Of a DNA stretch of 37,821 bases, positions 17,703-27,301 are shown one piece after another (within the stretch, counting starts at the first letter, position 1; each line of letters starts with the position of its first letter). Source of the DNA: Candidatus Hadarchaeia archaeon (lineage in GTDB: Archaea > Hadarchaeota > Hadarchaeia > Hadarchaeales > JAGGTB01); the NCBI GenBank assembly GCA_046538535.1, contig JBKHIS010000003.1, positions 1 to 37,821 of the forward strand, written 5' to 3'. The translations under genes and the position numbers were made by a program. The notes under the pieces were generated by a model, which was given only the letters and a program-made list of their open reading frames with translations, had not been told where the DNA came from and searched no databases.

Positions 17703-17734
17703 ATAAAAAAGGAAGAAAGCGGTCTCAAAGACCG
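17703..17734 (-). terminator. Hairpin plus pyrimidine-tract terminator candidate downstream of the ADH gene
   Basis: CGGTCT-(3)-AGACCG stem (17720-17734) followed on the minus strand by CTTTCTTCCTTTTTT. Confidence 0.45.
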
Positions 17735-17825
17735 ATGAATGGCTTGAATGATTGGTATATCTAACCTATGTGAATTTTACTTTAAATCGTAGAAGTTTAG
17801 ATTTGTTTTTCCTGATAAGTTAGTA

Positions 17826-18983
17826 TTAATAGTAGGCTTCTTCCAAAATTTCTTTGAAGTCTTCCGCTTTTATTGGTCGAGGATTGCTTTTAACGGATAT
17901 ATTTGCCTCTGCTATCTTGGAAATTTCTTCAAAGTCTTTTCTTTTTATCCCAAGTTCTCTGAGTTTTGGAAGATCCACTTCGTCCGAGAGCTTTTTAACT
18001 TTATTTACCGATTTTTCGGCCTTTTCTTTTGTTGAGAGCTTTCTTGACGTTACATTCAGTTTTTCCGAGATTTTGGCAAATCGATTTGGCCTTGAGGGGA
18101 GATTGTATTCCATTACAAAGGGAAGTAATACTGCATTCGCTACTCCATGCGGAACATCATAAAAACCACCCAGAGCCTCTGATAGACAATGCACGGCAGT
18201 TACATCGGAATTAAAGAAAGATATACCTGCCATTAAACTTCCAAGGCTCATATTTATTCTTGAATTAATATCTTCTCCGTTTTTCACAGCTCTTACTATA
18301 TTATTCGAGATAATATCGATTGTTTTCAGGGAAAGTTGATCAGTTATTGGTTGAGCATTTTTTGCCGTGTAAGATTCAATTGCGTGTGTCAGGGCGTCAA
18401 ATCCCGTTGCAGCCGTTAACTTAGGCCCCATGCTAATTGTAAGTTCTGGGTCTACAATTGCTGTGTCCGGACAAAGCAGATCACTCCTGACGGTCTCCTT
18501 GGAATGCAATGCCTTTCTCGTGTCAGTGAATACTGCGCTGAAGGTGACTTCGCTACCAGTCCCTGCCGTGGTAGGAACAGTGATTAAAGGGAGCGCTCTA
18601 TTTTTGACTTTGTTTACACCTATGAATTCGTGTATTTTTCCCTCGTTTTTCAGGAGCATGGAGATAAGCTTGGCCGCATCCAAGGAACTTCCTCCTCCGA
18701 GGCCGGTAACCGATCCGATAGGTTTCTCCTCCGCAAATTTCACTCCCTCTTCTATTGTTTTATCTTTAGGATTGGGTTCAATTTTCGAGAATACTTCGAA
18801 TTTTGTTCCACTTTCAGAGAGGATCTTCTTGATTTCCTCTAAAATACCTGTTTCTTTGATTCCTTTATCGGTAACGATCAAGTGAGTTTCAGAACCGATT
18901 TCCTTGAGTTCATCTGGAAGGTCCCTAATTTTTCCGTTTCCGAATTTAATTTTTGTCGGTGTGTGAAACGTAAACGATTGCAT
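17826..18983 (-). CDS. Iron-containing alcohol dehydrogenase
   Basis: GLGGGSSLDAAK, PTTAGTGSE, DALTHAIE, AVH and PHG metal ligands; GAGGAG RBS. Confidence 0.93.
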   Translation of the reverse strand: MQSFTFHTPTKIKFGNGKIRDLPDELKEIGSETHLIVTDKGIKETGILEEIKKILSESGTKFEVFSKIEPNPKDKTIEEGVKFAEEKPIGSVTGLGGGSSLDAAKLISMLLKNEGKIHEFIGVNKVKNRALPLITVPTTAGTGSEVTFSAVFTDTRKALHSKETVRSDLLCPDTAIVDPELTISMGPKLTAATGFDALTHAIESYTAKNAQPITDQLSLKTIDIISNNIVRAVKNGEDINSRINMSLGSLMAGISFFNSDVTAVHCLSEALGGFYDVPHGVANAVLLPFVMEYNLPSRPNRFAKISEKLNVTSRKLSTKEKAEKSVNKVKKLSDEVDLPKLRELGIKRKDFEEISKIAEANISVKSNPRPIKAEDFKEILEEAYY

Positions 18984-19104
18984 TCGTGTTCTCCTCGCTT
19001 TTAGCTACTCTTCTCTATCTTTTTCTGGAAAATAATAATTTGGGAAGATCTATTAAGACTAATGAAAGCTGAAACATCGAAAGCTTGTTTAAAGGAGCGA
19101 CGGG

Positions 19105-19112
19105 TATATAAA
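19105..19112 (+). promoter_or_regulatory. TATA box for the alaX-nitroreductase pair
   Basis: TATATAAA about 30 nt before ATG 19144. Confidence 0.45.
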
Positions 19113-19143
19113 ATAAACTGAAAAATCCATAGGTAATGATCTT

Positions 19144-19833
19144 ATGACCGAACTTGTTTACTTTGATGATTGCTACAGGAAAAAGATGGAAGCTGAAGTT
19201 AGCGAGGTTAAGCAGAATAGAGTTGTTCTGGATAGGACTATTTTCTATCCAGAGGGTGGTGGTCAACCGTCAGATAGGGGTTGGATCGATGAATCGGAGG
19301 TTGTCAAGGCGGAGAAGAAGGGAAAATATGTAGAGCATATTTTGGATGGGGATCTTCCAGAGGAGGGTTCTACTGTAGTGTGTGAGTTGGATTGGAATAG
19401 GAGATATGCTCATATGAAATACCATACCGCTCAACACATACTCTCCGCTATCGTGCTCGAGGATTACGATGGAAAGACTACTGGAAATCAGATTCATTCC
19501 GATTATTCCCGAATTGATTTTGATGTTGGATTGAAGGAGGAAGTTTCAGATTTGGAGAGGATGGTCAATTCCATAATTGAGGATGGGATAGATGTAGATA
19601 TTTACGTAATGGGCAGGGAAAAAGCGATCGAGGAGCTGGATCCGGAGAGAACTAGGATAGATTTATTGCCAGATTCCATTACCGAATTAAGAATTGTCGA
19701 GATAGAGGGAATTGATAAGACAGCCTGTGCAGGTACTCATGTAAGGAATACGGAGGAACTGGGAGAATTCACTATAACTGATACAGCAAACAAGGGGAAA
19801 GATAGAAAAAGGGTGGAATTCGTCCTCAAATGA
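19144..19833 (+). CDS. alaX: Alanyl-tRNA editing protein AlaX-M
   Basis: TIFYPEGGGQPSDRG, HTAQH and CAGTH zinc motifs; 229 aa. Confidence 0.92.
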   Translation: MTELVYFDDCYRKKMEAEVSEVKQNRVVLDRTIFYPEGGGQPSDRGWIDESEVVKAEKKGKYVEHILDGDLPEEGSTVVCELDWNRRYAHMKYHTAQHILSAIVLEDYDGKTTGNQIHSDYSRIDFDVGLKEEVSDLERMVNSIIEDGIDVDIYVMGREKAIEELDPERTRIDLLPDSITELRIVEIEGIDKTACAGTHVRNTEELGEFTITDTANKGKDRKRVEFVLK

Positions 19834-19849
19834 TATCTTAAGGGATACT

Positions 19850-20362
19850 ATGGATGTTAATGAAGCTATATTGAAGCGAAGGCCTGTCAGATCCTACAAG
19901 AATAAGGACATCCCGAGAGAAAAGATCGAACGAATTATGGACAGCGTGAGGATGGCTCCATCTGCACGAAACAGACAGGAATGGCATTTTATAATCGTCA
20001 AGTCCCAGAATGTGAAAGATGAGCTTTGTAAATCTACAAAATATAAATTCATCGGCGAGGCCTCCGTCATAATAGTAGCCGTCAGTACTGACCCTGATTA
20101 CGTAATGTCTTCTGATATAAACGCGGGGATTGTTGATCTTTCGATAGCTTTAGATCATTTATCATTAAAAGCCGTGGAGGAGGGATTGGGAACTTGTTGG
20201 ATTGGGGGTTTCGATCAGGAAGTTGCCAAAAATGCCTTAGGAGTCCCTGATGATCAGAAGATTATTGCGCTAATGTCTCTTGGGTACCCGCAGGACGAAC
20301 TTGATATAAGAAATAAAGAGAGGAAATCGCTTGAGAAAGTAATCTCTTATGATTCCTATTAA
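19850..20362 (+). CDS. Nitroreductase family protein
   Basis: AILKRRPVRSY, APSARNRQEW, GLGTCWIGGF and LGYP. Confidence 0.92.
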   Translation: MDVNEAILKRRPVRSYKNKDIPREKIERIMDSVRMAPSARNRQEWHFIIVKSQNVKDELCKSTKYKFIGEASVIIVAVSTDPDYVMSSDINAGIVDLSIALDHLSLKAVEEGLGTCWIGGFDQEVAKNALGVPDDQKIIALMSLGYPQDELDIRNKERKSLEKVISYDSY

Positions 20363-20508
20363 GGAGCTTTGAAAGACGGTAAAGCCTTCAGACCGGATTT
20401 AAAAACTCACCTAGTTTATTATTGTGCATATTACCGGTCTCAAAAAAAGAAAATTTGAAGAATAGATATTAAAAAGGGGAGGAGGGGAAAATTTACCCTA
20501 TGAATCTA

Positions 20509-21765
20509 TTACCAGGGCCAAGAAGCCATTTTAAGGTTATACTGGTCTTCCAATCTGAGTAGTTGGTTATACTTTGCTATTCTATCAGTTCTAGACAGAG
20601 ACCCCGACTTTAATTGGGTGGTTGGCAGTCCGGTAGCTAAGTCTGCTATGAATACATCTTCAGTTTCGCCTGATCGGTGCGATATGATAGCTGTATAAGC
20701 GGATTTGTGTGCTTCCTCGACAGCCTCTAAGGTTTCTGAAACAGTCCCTATCTGGTTTACCTTTATTAGAATGGAGTTGGCAACGTTTCTTTCTATTCCA
20801 TTTCTGAGCCTTTCCGCGTCTGTCACGAAAAGATCATCACCTACGAGTTGGGTTTTGTCTCCCAGTTTTTCAGTAAGTTCCTTCCATCCTTCCCAGTCCT
20901 CTTGGTCTAGACCGTCTTCTATAGAGACTACTGGATAGTTATCGACCCATTTTTCGTATATATCTATCATTTCACCAGAAGTTAACTCTGAATCTCCAAG
21001 AAAGTATTTTCCATCTTCGTAGATTTCGCTTGCGGCGGGATCAAGAGCTATCGATACATCCTTTCCAGGGACATATCCTGATTTCTCGATAGCTTCTATG
21101 AGCAGTTCCAGGGCCTCGGTTTCGTCATCTAGATCGGGTGCAAAGCCTCCTTCGTCCCCGACGGCTGTGGACATATTTCGGCCTTCGAGAATGCTCTTCA
21201 ACTTGTGAAAAACTTCGGACCCCATCTGCGCTGCTGTTGAAAATTTTTGAGCGCCCAGCGGTACAATCATGAACTCCTGTAAGTCCAAGTTATTGTCTGC
21301 GTGCTCTCCACCGTTTAATACGTTCATGAGTGGGATTGGTAAGCTCCCCTCTCTTATTCCTCCTATGTATTTGAATAAAGGAAGATTTAAATCCAGGGAA
21401 GCAGCTCTAGCTGTAGCTAATGAAACTGCAAGTATTGCATTTGCACCCAGCTCGCTCTTGTTTTCTGTGCCGTCCAAGTCGCACATTTCATCATCTATTT
21501 TTTTCTGCCAGATACAGTCCATCCCTATTAATTCCGGGGCTATCTTTTCGTTAATGTTTGATACGGCTTTTTTCACACCTTTGCCGCCATATCTCTGTTT
21601 GTCACCGTCTCTTAGCTCTAGGGCTTCGAATTTTCCGGTTGATGCTCCGGACGGCACGATTGCTTTGCCAATGCTTCCTGTTTGGGTTATCACTTCAGCT
21701 TCTACGGTCGGGTTTCCCCTTGAATCAAGAACTTCTCTTCCTCTAATGTTTTCTATAAACGACAT
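20509..21765 (-). CDS. eno: Enolase
   Basis: [38 protein letters not shown] and SHRSGET. Confidence 0.97.
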   Translation of the reverse strand: MSFIENIRGREVLDSRGNPTVEAEVITQTGSIGKAIVPSGASTGKFEALELRDGDKQRYGGKGVKKAVSNINEKIAPELIGMDCIWQKKIDDEMCDLDGTENKSELGANAILAVSLATARAASLDLNLPLFKYIGGIREGSLPIPLMNVLNGGEHADNNLDLQEFMIVPLGAQKFSTAAQMGSEVFHKLKSILEGRNMSTAVGDEGGFAPDLDDETEALELLIEAIEKSGYVPGKDVSIALDPAASEIYEDGKYFLGDSELTSGEMIDIYEKWVDNYPVVSIEDGLDQEDWEGWKELTEKLGDKTQLVGDDLFVTDAERLRNGIERNVANSILIKVNQIGTVSETLEAVEEAHKSAYTAIISHRSGETEDVFIADLATGLPTTQLKSGSLSRTDRIAKYNQLLRLEDQYNLKMASWPW

Positions 21766-21845
21766 AGTTTCACCGTCTAAAGAAGTAGCAATGTTCAGAT
21801 ATAAAATTTAATCCCCAAAACACGATGTATGAATTTTTATCTATT

Positions 21846-22013
21846 TCATTCTCTCCAATCAATTCTGTCTTCCAATTCTTTGCTATGAGGAGGACAGACC
21901 CAGGCTACGCTTTCCCCTTTGTCTAATTTTTTGGTAATCCTAAGTCTTCCGTTTGCTTTCTGGGAAAATGTGTTTTGGCATCCTTTTATATCACATTTTT
22001 TTTCTTTGGTCAT
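21846..22013 (-). CDS. 55-aa C-x4-C...C-x2-H zinc-finger-like microprotein (not in ORF track)
   Basis: Hand translation MTKEKKCDIKGCQNTFSQKANGRLRITKKLDKGESVAWVCPPHSKELEDRIDWRE*; AGGTGA RBS upstream. Confidence 0.7.
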   Translation of the reverse strand: MTKEKKCDIKGCQNTFSQKANGRLRITKKLDKGESVAWVCPPHSKELEDRIDWRE

Positions 22014-22111
22014 CATTTCACCTTTTTATTGTTAATTGCCTTGGACTAAAAAAGGATACAATTTTAGGGTTTATCGGAATATATTACTGGGGTTTAAACT
22101 GGCTTTAGTTA

Positions 22112-22278
22112 ATCAAATAAATCCTAAATCGGCTTAGTTCTCTGGTTTATTTAGAAAGATTTTAGATTTAACCCCTCTAACAAGTGACTCTAAAATTTTT
22201 ATCCTTTGCATCATCGGGTAATCCCTCGCCATAGTCCTCAACAAAGTGAAAATGCTTTTTTATCTTTTTCCACTTTAT
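22112..22278 (-). pseudogene. Possible relic of a histidine-kinase ATPase (HATPase_c) domain
   Basis: FVEDYGEGLPDDAKDK then, after a frameshift, ILESLVRG...DLG; resembles the G1/F/G2 box region. Confidence 0.4.
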
Positions 22279-22321
22279 TTAGTTTCCTAAGCTTTCTAAC
22301 TTTATTCTTCTTCTGTCTTCT

Positions 22322-22849
22322 TTAACGGGTTCCTGTAACCTTTGCGGTCTTTAAATCTGAAGCCGGATTCAATATTTTTACAGAGTAGCTCGTTTTTGGT
22401 ATATTATTCACTACTTTTTCCACTCCTGACTTCTCATAATTATGGAAGAATACATGGGTGTTTTCTTTCATAAGTTTTTTTGCTTCATTCCAGTCGCTTT
22501 TTACAGTTTCATATGAGTGTTCTCCATCAATGAATATAAGATCCATTTCGGGAAGATCATCAATGGCTTGAGGCAGTGTGTCTTTACTGTCACCTTGAAA
22601 AAGGAAGACTTTAGAGTTAAGTTTAGAGAGCTTTTTTCTTACCTCTTGCAAATTGTTGTTGAATGTGTCATCAAAAGTATCAAATCCATAATATGTAATA
22701 TTGGGATTCTTTATGGTTCTTATCGCTGTTTTTATCATATTTTTTGCATTTTCGCCATTATAAACTCCTATCTCCATTATTTTTTCTACTTTATTATCTT
22801 TGATGTGTCTTTCCAGAAATCCGTGCTTTTCGAACCCTTTTTTAGTCAT
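22322..22849 (-). CDS. Class I SAM-dependent methyltransferase (Methyltransf_24-like)
   Basis: MEIGVYNG, YGFDTF, GDSKDTLP and DLIFIDGEHSYE. Confidence 0.85.
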   Translation of the reverse strand: MTKKGFEKHGFLERHIKDNKVEKIMEIGVYNGENAKNMIKTAIRTIKNPNITYYGFDTFDDTFNNNLQEVRKKLSKLNSKVFLFQGDSKDTLPQAIDDLPEMDLIFIDGEHSYETVKSDWNEAKKLMKENTHVFFHNYEKSGVEKVVNNIPKTSYSVKILNPASDLKTAKVTGTR

Positions 22850-22970
22850 ATTTTATTTAATTAATTGATTTGGGATATTAAATTGTTTTTCTATGCTAAA
22901 GAGTAGAGAAGTTAAGCTTTTAGGAATTGGAATTTATCCTTCAATTGAAAGATTAGCATGAGGTAATCCA

Positions 22971-23669
22971 ATGAAAATAATTCGTAAGTTACCAAATGAA
23001 AATGGTCTTAAGGTAGCATTACTGGACATTGAAGGGACCTTGGTAAAGGGAAGTGTCTGGCGTATCCTGAATGATTCTTTAGGAGTTCCTCGCTCGGAAT
23101 CTAAGAAGCTTTTTAGTAGCTTTCTGGCGGGCTCTATATGTTATCGGGAGTGGGTCAATAGATTAAAAGACCTTTGGTGTAGTTCAGCGGAACTAAAGCC
23201 AACTAAAAATAATATATTTGATTTGTGCAGTGATTTCGAATTTATTCCGGGATCCCAGAAATTGGTGAAAAACCTCAAAGATCTAGGATATTTTCTAGTC
23301 TCAATTTCAGGCGCGCCTAAATTCTATTCTCAGATGATTTCTGAGAAACTGGATATTGATCTTAATATTCCTACTCATAAGTTCGTTTTCAACGGTCATG
23401 ACAAAGAACTAACTGATATTGAAATATTAAATGATTATAACTTTTCCAAATCCCATTATATCGACAAAATACGAAATAATAAGGATCCTGGTAATATCAT
23501 AGCGGTGGGTGATGACTTGAATGATCTTGAAATGTGTAAAAAAGCTGACGTCGGTTTTTTAGTAAAAGGGGAATTCGATTCCATTAACTCGTCTGAATTA
23601 CGAAGACATTCAATATATCTCGTGTCTATCGGCAAGCTGTCAGAAAGAATAGGGGATTATATAGGATAG
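22971..23669 (+). CDS. HAD-IB phosphatase, phosphoserine-phosphatase-like
   Basis: LLDIEGTL motif I, ISG motif II, K motif III and VGDDLND motif IV. Confidence 0.8.
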   Translation: MKIIRKLPNENGLKVALLDIEGTLVKGSVWRILNDSLGVPRSESKKLFSSFLAGSICYREWVNRLKDLWCSSAELKPTKNNIFDLCSDFEFIPGSQKLVKNLKDLGYFLVSISGAPKFYSQMISEKLDIDLNIPTHKFVFNGHDKELTDIEILNDYNFSKSHYIDKIRNNKDPGNIIAVGDDLNDLEMCKKADVGFLVKGEFDSINSSELRRHSIYLVSIGKLSERIGDYIG

Positions 23670-23693
23670 TTTTGACAATATAGGATATTTAAA

Positions 23694-24131
23694 TTATTTG
23701 TGTATTCCACCGAATTCTTTGGCTATTCGGACCGCCTCTCTAACCTTTTTTCTGTTATCACTCTGGTAAACTAACCTGCATTTATTTAGTTTCCTTCGTC
23801 TGCCACATTTAAGGCACTGTCCCGTTTTTTGTCCACTCTTAGCTATGATTAATCCGTTACAACGATTTGTAGGGTGCCCTAATTTATAATCGCACTTTAA
23901 AATTCCATATTTACTTTTGATTTTTAGTATGTCTTTTTTTAACATTCTACTCGACTTGCTTGAATTTTCTCCAAAAAAATATGCTTTCTTATCGGCCTTT
24001 GACGAACTTTCTGTTTCGTTTGTTAACCCTTTGTTTCCACGGTGGTTTATTACTGATTTATTACTTCTTTTTCTTGTTTTTAAGAGGAGTTTTTTAATGT
24101 TTTTTTCTACAGAGTCATTTTTTTCTGACAT
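23694..24131 (-). CDS. Basic protein with C-terminal zinc ribbon (DUF1922-like)
   Basis: YGILKC...RC...GQKTGQCLKCGRR...VREAV C-terminal domain; low-complexity Lys/Ser N-terminus. Confidence 0.55.
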   Translation of the reverse strand: MSEKNDSVEKNIKKLLLKTRKRSNKSVINHRGNKGLTNETESSSKADKKAYFFGENSSKSSRMLKKDILKIKSKYGILKCDYKLGHPTNRCNGLIIAKSGQKTGQCLKCGRRRKLNKCRLVYQSDNRKKVREAVRIAKEFGGIHK

Positions 24132-24226
24132 CTAGTTTTATTTCTTTATTTTCCTTAAAAGCAAATTATCGGGACGGTTGGTTGAAAGTAATGGTTCTTT
24201 TTCTTAGAGCTCTTATATTTAAGGAA

Positions 24227-25372
24227 TCAAAATTCCTCGACAAAAGAACCGATTTTTTCTATGCCTGATTTTATTTTTTCTTTTGAGTTCGCAAAAGATA
24301 ATCTAAAATAATTTTCCCGGTTTGGACCAAATGCTGAACCGGGGGTTACTCCAACTCCTCGTTCTTTCAATAGCTTTTGGCAAAATTCCAGGGATGAGAG
24401 GTCCAGATCAAATTTAGCGAAGCAATAGAAAGCCCCTTCGGGTTTTTGACATCGAACACCTTCAATTTCGTCAAATTTTCTGATTACTAAATCTCTTCTT
24501 CCTCTGAATCTTTCTCTCATCTCGGATACCTTTTCTTCAACTTTAGGGGATGTTAGAGCGGTCTCAGCTCCTTTTTGAGCAAACGATGTAGCACAAGAAA
24601 CCGAGTGAGATTGAATCTTTTTTGCGGCATTTACTATTTTTGTTGGCCCTGTAAAGTATCCAATTCTCCAGCCTGTCATAGCATATGGTTTTGAACATGA
24701 GTTTACAGTAATTACATTAGAAAAATCCGAGGCTGGTGAATAGTGTTCAGCGTCATAGATAAGTTTTTCATATACCTCATCCGAAAGGACTAGTATATTG
24801 TTTTCCTGACAAATGTGAAGTATTTTTCTTACAAGCTCTTCAGGATAAACTTTTCCAGTTGGATTGTTTGGAGAATTTAAAATTATCATTTTTAGGTCGT
24901 CTGCTTTATTTTTGAGGTCAACCAAATCAGGCTTGAATGATTTGTCTGTCTTTAACCAAACTGGCTCACCACCTGCTAGTTTGACGTTTGGAACGTAGGA
25001 GACCCACGAAGGATCGAATATGCCAGCTTTATCTCCCTCCTGTAAAACGGTCTGGCATGTTAAAAATATTGAGAATTTTCCACCTGGGGTAACTACTATA
25101 TCTTCCTTCCCTGATTTTATTCCGTTTTCATTTCTTAATTTATCCTCTATGGCTTTTCTTAGGGATGAAAACCCTGTTCCCGGGGTATAATTTGTTTTTC
25201 CGTCTTTAAGCGCCTTAATAGCCGATTTTTTGATTATTTTTGGAGTGTCAAAATCAGGTTCACCTACGGAAAGAGAAATTACAGTTTTTCCCTTTCTTCG
25301 CATCTCTTTTATCATGTCGGAAACTTTCAGGGTTGCTGAGGGTTCGATTTCTTTTGCACGCCTGCTTATCAT
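24227..25372 (-). CDS. Aspartate aminotransferase (class I/II PLP enzyme)
   Basis: GEPDFDTP, NSPNNPTG, SDEVY, SKPYAMTGWRIG and PEGAFY. Confidence 0.93.
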   Translation of the reverse strand: MISRRAKEIEPSATLKVSDMIKEMRRKGKTVISLSVGEPDFDTPKIIKKSAIKALKDGKTNYTPGTGFSSLRKAIEDKLRNENGIKSGKEDIVVTPGGKFSIFLTCQTVLQEGDKAGIFDPSWVSYVPNVKLAGGEPVWLKTDKSFKPDLVDLKNKADDLKMIILNSPNNPTGKVYPEELVRKILHICQENNILVLSDEVYEKLIYDAEHYSPASDFSNVITVNSCSKPYAMTGWRIGYFTGPTKIVNAAKKIQSHSVSCATSFAQKGAETALTSPKVEEKVSEMRERFRGRRDLVIRKFDEIEGVRCQKPEGAFYCFAKFDLDLSSLEFCQKLLKERGVGVTPGSAFGPNRENYFRLSFANSKEKIKSGIEKIGSFVEEF

Positions 25373-25375
25373 AAT

Positions 25376-26491
25376 TTATCTCTCTTTGATAGGAATATAC
25401 TTCTTATCTTCTTCCCCACTATATTCCTGAATTGGCCTTATTAGTGTGTTTTTTTCATACTGATCCATTAGATGCGTAGTCCATCCAGCTATTCTACTCA
25501 TCGCGAATATCGGTATAAAAAAATCGTCTGGGATTCCTAGATTGGCATATACTGTAGCGGCATAGAAATCCACATTTGGATCTAGTCCCTTTTTATTTCG
25601 AACGGCCTCTTCAAGTTGTTCTGCTATTTCGCACCAGCCATTTCTTCTTTCATTCTCTAAGTTTTGAACAGTCTCTTTTAGGATTCTTGCTCGGGGGTCC
25701 ATGGTTTCGTAAACTCTGTGTCCGAATCCGGGGATTATCTTATCATCTTCCAGTTGCTTTTCAACCCATTCCTCAGGTTTCAAATCATTCTTCCTAATTT
25801 CTCTTAACATCTCCATTACTGCTTGACTAGCACCACCATGTAATGGACCCATCAGTGTCCCAGTTGCTGAAATAACTCCTGCATACATATCGGATTTGGT
25901 GGAAGCTGCTATTCTGGAGGAGTAAGTTGAGGCATTTAACGTATGTTCAGCGTGTAAAATCAGATCCATGTCCAATAATTCGGCGTCCTCGGGAGTAGGT
26001 TCTTTTCCCTTCAACATATACAGAAAATTTGCCGCATGACCAAGATCGTTCCTTGGATGTATGAGCCTTTTCCCTTCTCGCAATCTGTAAGTATATGCAA
26101 TAATAGTTGGGAGCATTGCCAAAATTTCCTTGCTTTTCCTAAGATTTTCTTCAGAGTTAATATTGTGTAGTTTTGGATCAAGTGAACCACAATAGGAAAT
26201 CGCTGTTCTTAGCACGACCATGGGGTGTGTAATATCGGGTAGGCTAGTGAGTAGACCGATCACTTCCGGGGGTATCCTTCTTCTCTCAACTAGATCGCCC
26301 GAAAATTCCTCCAATTCTTCTTTTGTTGGTAGTTCACCTTTGAATAACAGATAGGTGGTTTCCTCAAAGTTAGATTTCTCTGCAAGGTCTTCTATTGAAT
26401 ATCCTCTATATTCCAATTTACCTTCTTTTCCATTGACCTGGGAAATATCCGTGGATAGTGCAACAACATTCCGCATACCTTCTTTTACCAA
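25376..26491 (-). CDS. Citrate synthase (Si-type family)
   Basis: LEYRGY, HAEH, GPLHGGA, GFGHRVY..DPR and PNVDFY; TTG 26491 follows GGCGGTGA; stop lies 3 nt from the aminotransferase start. Confidence 0.93.
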   Translation of the reverse strand: MVKEGMRNVVALSTDISQVNGKEGKLEYRGYSIEDLAEKSNFEETTYLLFKGELPTKEELEEFSGDLVERRRIPPEVIGLLTSLPDITHPMVVLRTAISYCGSLDPKLHNINSEENLRKSKEILAMLPTIIAYTYRLREGKRLIHPRNDLGHAANFLYMLKGKEPTPEDAELLDMDLILHAEHTLNASTYSSRIAASTKSDMYAGVISATGTLMGPLHGGASQAVMEMLREIRKNDLKPEEWVEKQLEDDKIIPGFGHRVYETMDPRARILKETVQNLENERRNGWCEIAEQLEEAVRNKKGLDPNVDFYAATVYANLGIPDDFFIPIFAMSRIAGWTTHLMDQYEKNTLIRPIQEYSGEEDKKYIPIKER

Positions 26492-26718
26492 TTTTTCACC
26501 GCCTTTGGTTTTCCTTCCTATTAATTTCCTTTTCACTCATATGATTATTCCTTTTATCCTTTTCCTAAAAGTTAACTGAGAATATTTAAATATTACTCTT
26601 TGGAAAGTAATTATTTAATAATATTTACTAAATGTTAAAATAAATGATTTCTGTCTAGTAATTCTATTGGAACGTTTGAGTGAAATTGCCTTACAAAGTT
26701 TCATATGGAATTATTTTG

Positions 26719-27153
26719 TTAGATACGGGTAACCTTACTTTTAAATCTGTTGAAGTGCGTTAGAAAGTAGTTTAATTTTTGTATTGGGACTATAGGTACT
26801 TTTTGATAAAGCTCAATAGGACTCTCCCCGCTAGTGACGATCATTGGATATCTATTTTTCAAGTTCATTTTCTTGACTCTTTCGATTTGTTTTTCAGCTG
26901 CTCTTTTTAATCCATGCTTTATTCTTCTTTTATTATCCCATTTCTTACAATCGGCTAGTATAGTGCTATGTTCCTTTTGGGCGATTACATCGTATTGGTG
27001 TTTAGTTGTTTCGTAGCAAATTACCTTGTTTACCTCCACTCTGTAATTATGGAATTCAAAAATTTTTCCTACAAACACTTCAAAATCTTGCCAGCTCATG
27101 TCTTCTAATGAATTAAGCAACTGTTCGTGGTTTTTAATATTATTTGGTTTCAT
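26719..27153 (-). CDS. Stand-alone Mrr-like PD-(D/E)xK endonuclease domain
   Basis: WQDFEVFVGKIF..YRV, QYDVIA and LADCKKW. Confidence 0.78.
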   Translation of the reverse strand: MKPNNIKNHEQLLNSLEDMSWQDFEVFVGKIFEFHNYRVEVNKVICYETTKHQYDVIAQKEHSTILADCKKWDNKRRIKHGLKRAAEKQIERVKKMNLKNRYPMIVTSGESPIELYQKVPIVPIQKLNYFLTHFNRFKSKVTRI

Positions 27154-27301
27154 GTTTTCAGTTTCTTGAGATTATATAATTCGCATTTAGTGCTCGTTCT
27201 CTAATGTGTAAGTGATTGATTTGAGGTTAAATTTTTTCTGTTTGATAGGATAAACTTTAGAGGGGCCCGCAAGAAATCCACTTGAATAGAGGTGATTAAT
27301 A

